Origin: a virus
Length of the DNA stretch: 64,000 nucleotides
Reading direction: 5' to 3' (one strand)
Virus record (IMG/VR): IMGVR_UViG_3300029787_000001
Span: 64,001 to 128,000 of that record
Shown: positions 61,292-64,000 of the stretch, in pieces
Layout of the letters: each line of letters begins with the position of its first letter
How positions within the stretch are numbered: position 1 is the first letter of the stretch
Position numbers and translations under genes: made by a program
Notes under the pieces: generated by a model
The model's input: only the letters and a program-made list of their open reading frames with translations
Told to the model about the DNA's origin: nothing
Database searches by the model: none

Positions 61292-64000
61292 ATGACCACC
61301 AAAACACTTAGCATAGCAGATTCAAACTTAATTTCTGGATCATCAGAATTGATTCGCCAAGCCCTTGGCGGCTATTGGCAGTCCAGTCCAACTACTCTGA
61401 CTGCGATTGAGACCCTACAACTTTCTCAACGAATCGTTACCAATGTTGAAAGTAACTATTCTGACACTAACACTCCCATCGATCCAACTTCTCTAATCGA
61501 TTCAGTGAAATTCGCTTCCCGCCTTTACAGCACTACAAACATGTCAGTTATGCGTTCGGATGAGGAGTGGAAAGCCTATGTTATTGGTGGCACATTTGGC
61601 GACAGAAACTATTCAGGTGTCTATGACGAGGCAAATTATTTTGATCACAACACGACGATTAACGCACCGCTTTACAAGAATGAAATCATTTCTCCCTTGC
61701 AAACAATTAGTGGAGAATCTGTGGCTCAATATTGCAGAAATTATGAAAGATATCAAAACAACTTGGTGGACGTTGCTTCAGAGCATCTTATACCAAACTA
61801 CTACTTCTTAAGGGCACCGGATGCAAATGGCTTCAACATAAGCCAATTTGTCAACCTTGAGGGCAGCGTTGACTCTTCGGAAATTTCAGATCTGTTTGGC
61901 TTTACAGAAAATGTAGAAATAAGTCCGCGTTTCACATACGAAAATGTAGAAAATTATTTGAACATCGATTATTCAAATCATAAGTTTTCTGATGAGTTAA
62001 CTGAAGAGCTACAAAATAGACTGCAAAACATAATTTTATTAAACCCCCAGGACGAAGTTATAGATGTGGCGAACAACGAGTTGCTGCAATCAGACTTTGA
62101 GGTTCTAAATAACCCCAAGAAAGCAAACACCTTCTCCTTGATGCCTATATCTAATAGGATTTATCTTGAGACTTCTGATGAGACAGGTCCATTCAATCAG
62201 ATAATAGCATCAAATGATTATGCTCCAAGATTTATGAAAACACTAAAAGAAGTGTTTGCTGACGAAATACCGCTTAAGCCAACAATTGGCAACTTTGAAA
62301 TTAGAGACAATAACGCACAAGAGGTGTCCACAAGGCAACTAAGAATAGCAGACCTACCAGAAATGGTGCTATATGATTATGAAAACCTGCTCTCGCGAAC
62401 AGATAATTGTACATTTTTCAACAATAATTCAGCGCAAGTGAAAGCCACCTTTGATGCAAATGGCGCCTATCGCTTTATTAACTCTGAAATAGCTGCTAAC
62501 ACCCTTAGCGATCTTGTGGGGCAAATTAACACTTCTTTTGTGCCACCACAAAGCTTGGAGGATTTCTTAAATGCTGGAGTAGAAGAAGACAAACAACAAG
62601 AAATCTTAGCCTATAGGGTTCAAAAAATTGGCGGACCCCCAACAGGAGATCTCAGAACCGAGAACACTCTACAAAACTTTTGGTTTTACAATGCTGCATC
62701 AGCCATTGAATACATCGACACTCAGGTAAAATATGGAACTAACTACACCTACAAAATCTTCGCTTTTGTTGCTGTGCAGGGTTACAAATATAAATTATCA
62801 GATCTGGCTGTAACAAGACAAATAGCGAGAGATGATGAACTTTACTGTCTAGAGTTTTACGATCCATTTACCGGAGAGCGCGCCTCTAATTTATTAAACT
62901 CTGAGCGTGAACTAGATTTACGACTGCCATTCTCATCCAACGATGTTGACCAGCTAAGAGAGCTTGAGCAAAACAGAACAGCGACATCCGACGAGATTGC
63001 CCGGATAGTCGGCGACGCCTCTTTAACACCGGAGGAAAAAGGTGCTTTAGTCATAGAACTCAATCTTGAATCCCTTCGAATAGCCGATTCCATGAGAGAA
63101 CTTCTCTTGGAAGCCGGAATAGAACAATTTTTGAATGAGACTGCAAAGCAAACTTACGAGCAATTTAAGCTGGGCTTGACTAGTGATGAAGGGTTTTTAG
63201 CTGATGCTATCGAGCACCTAATCAACAATGCGCCGCTTAGTGGTCTAAGCGCCTTTATAGATGGAAGTGCAAACACATTCTTTACAGACTCACAGACAAA
63301 CTCACTCTACCCTTACCTTGCAGACCTAAATCTCAACATTGAGCCATCTCTCAAAATTGTAGAAGTTCCAATCCAAGAAAAAACATTTAGAATTTTAGAC
63401 AACGCACCCAATGATCTAATAGCGACACCGCACCACATCAAGGATCAAAGCAACAGGTTGCAGTTCTTCTTGTCCTACGACACATTCTCCCCAAACACAG
63501 TTCCTTACCCGATTGCATTGACACCACAAGATGATCAAAACAAGGCTGATTATTTGTCAGCTAATGATTTGGGAGAAGATGATTTCACCCAGAGTGAGTC
63601 GGTTTCTATGGCGGAAGTTTTTGAAGTTTATCGCTTATCAAAAATGCCAACTTCTTATCAAGACTTCGAAGATAATCTTAGAAAAACTATAGACTTGAGA
63701 ATCCTAAAACAAGGGCGCATCAAGCTTGATGCGATGTTTACCGAACGAGTTCGCCCAAATCAAAAATACTACTACACCTTCCGTGCCATTAATGAAAACG
63801 GAATAGCAGGTGAATTTACGCCAATCTTTGAATCAGAACTGATCAATGACGGAGGCTATGTTTATGGAAACTTCAACCAACTAACAGAAGAAGATTTAGT
63901 TACAGATAACATTTCTGAGCCGCTAATGTCTTTTAAGAAACTATTTAATGTCGTTCCCAACATCCAGCACCTTCTGTTGCAACCAAACGGCGCTGACTTT
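61292..64000 (+). CDS. Large structural protein with Fn3/Ig-like segments, 3'-truncated (not in ORF track)
   Basis: Starts MTTKTLSIADSNLISG; frame open at the points spot-checked and at the window end (..IQHLLLQPNGADF); YIDTQVKYGTNYTYKI and YYYTFRAINENG Fn3-like strands. Confidence 0.7.
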   Translation, partial: MTTKTLSIADSNLISGSSELIRQALGGYWQSSPTTLTAIETLQLSQRIVTNVESNYSDTNTPIDPTSLIDSVKFASRLYSTTNMSVMRSDEEWKAYVIGGTFGDRNYSGVYDEANYFDHNTTINAPLYKNEIISPLQTISGESVAQYCRNYERYQNNLVDVASEHLIPNYYFLRAPDANGFNISQFVNLEGSVDSSEISDLFGFTENVEISPRFTYENVENYLNIDYSNHKFSDELTEELQNRLQNIILLNPQDEVIDVANNELLQSDFEVLNNPKKANTFSLMPISNRIYLETSDETGPFNQIIASNDYAPRFMKTLKEVFADEIPLKPTIGNFEIRDNNAQEVSTRQLRIADLPEMVLYDYENLLSRTDNCTFFNNNSAQVKATFDANGAYRFINSEIAANTLSDLVGQINTSFVPPQSLEDFLNAGVEEDKQQEILAYRVQKIGGPPTGDLRTENTLQNFWFYNAASAIEYIDTQVKYGTNYTYKIFAFVAVQGYKYKLSDLAVTRQIARDDELYCLEFYDPFTGERASNLLNSERELDLRLPFSSNDVDQLRELEQNRTATSDEIARIVGDASLTPEEKGALVIELNLESLRIADSMRELLLEAGIEQFLNETAKQTYEQFKLGLTSDEGFLADAIEHLINNAPLSGLSAFIDGSANTFFTDSQTNSLYPYLADLNLNIEPSLKIVEVPIQEKTFRILDNAPNDLIATPHHIKDQSNRLQFFLSYDTFSPNTVPYPIALTPQDDQNKADYLSANDLGEDDFTQSESVSMAEVFEVYRLSKMPTSYQDFEDNLRKTIDLRILKQGRIKLDAMFTERVRPNQKYYYTFRAINENGIAGEFTPIFESELINDGGYVYGNFNQLTEEDLVTDNISEPLMSFKKLFNVVPNIQHLLLQPNGADF

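Noticed and set aside
1-64000. CRISPR array, DGR/retron reverse transcriptase, integrase/transposase, intein or intron
   Set aside because: No regularly spaced repeats, RT motifs, recombinase motifs, intein splice motifs or interrupted conserved genes were seen; very degenerate cases cannot be excluded by eye
35597-64000. Bacterial extracellular contractile injection system or T6SS rather than a phage
   Set aside because: Surrounding context (phage sigma, tRNAs, PhoH, many tiny ORFs, single-strand gene packing, no housekeeping genes) fits a lytic phage genome; head genes are simply outside this window

Overview
This 64 kb window is most consistent with part of a large, contractile-tailed (myovirus-like, probably jumbo) bacteriophage genome. 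Every credible gene lies on the + strand, tightly packed, with Shine-Dalgarno sites and coupled stop/start codons. Four blocks are visible. (1) ~1-16.9 kb: accessory and probable head-associated genes (kinase, Nudix, thermonuclease, c-type cytochrome, Zn peptidases, VWA lipoprotein, aldolase, phosphomannomutase, HNH, SpoU methylase, PIN-PhoH, Cas4-like nuclease, type II glutamine synthetase), two tRNAs (Ser with an unusual AGA anticodon; Thr-UGU) each preceded by a candidate structured RNA, and several small ORFs missing from the ORF track. (2) ~16.9-33.9 kb: a 17 kb glycan-biosynthesis locus (GT4 x2, GT2, GT11, GT6, GT29-like, GT10-like, NeuA-like cytidylyltransferase, sulfotransferase, methyltransferases, Gmd, GlmS) with an AT-rich central cassette. 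(3) ~33.9-35.6 kb: a phage sigma factor and small genes. (4) ~35.6-64 kb: baseplate/tail genes (M23-bearing hub, spike, gp25-like, gp6/J-like, 2100-aa and 2947-aa giant proteins). The best candidates for novel biology are the glycan locus built from the enzyme families that make ABO/Lewis/sialyl epitopes, a shared N-terminal leader and nested gene suggesting a capsid cargo-loading system, a CTANTTA promoter motif, and the ncRNA-tRNA(Ser,AGA)-Cys-microprotein unit. All protein calls come from motifs recognised by eye; no database searches were run.
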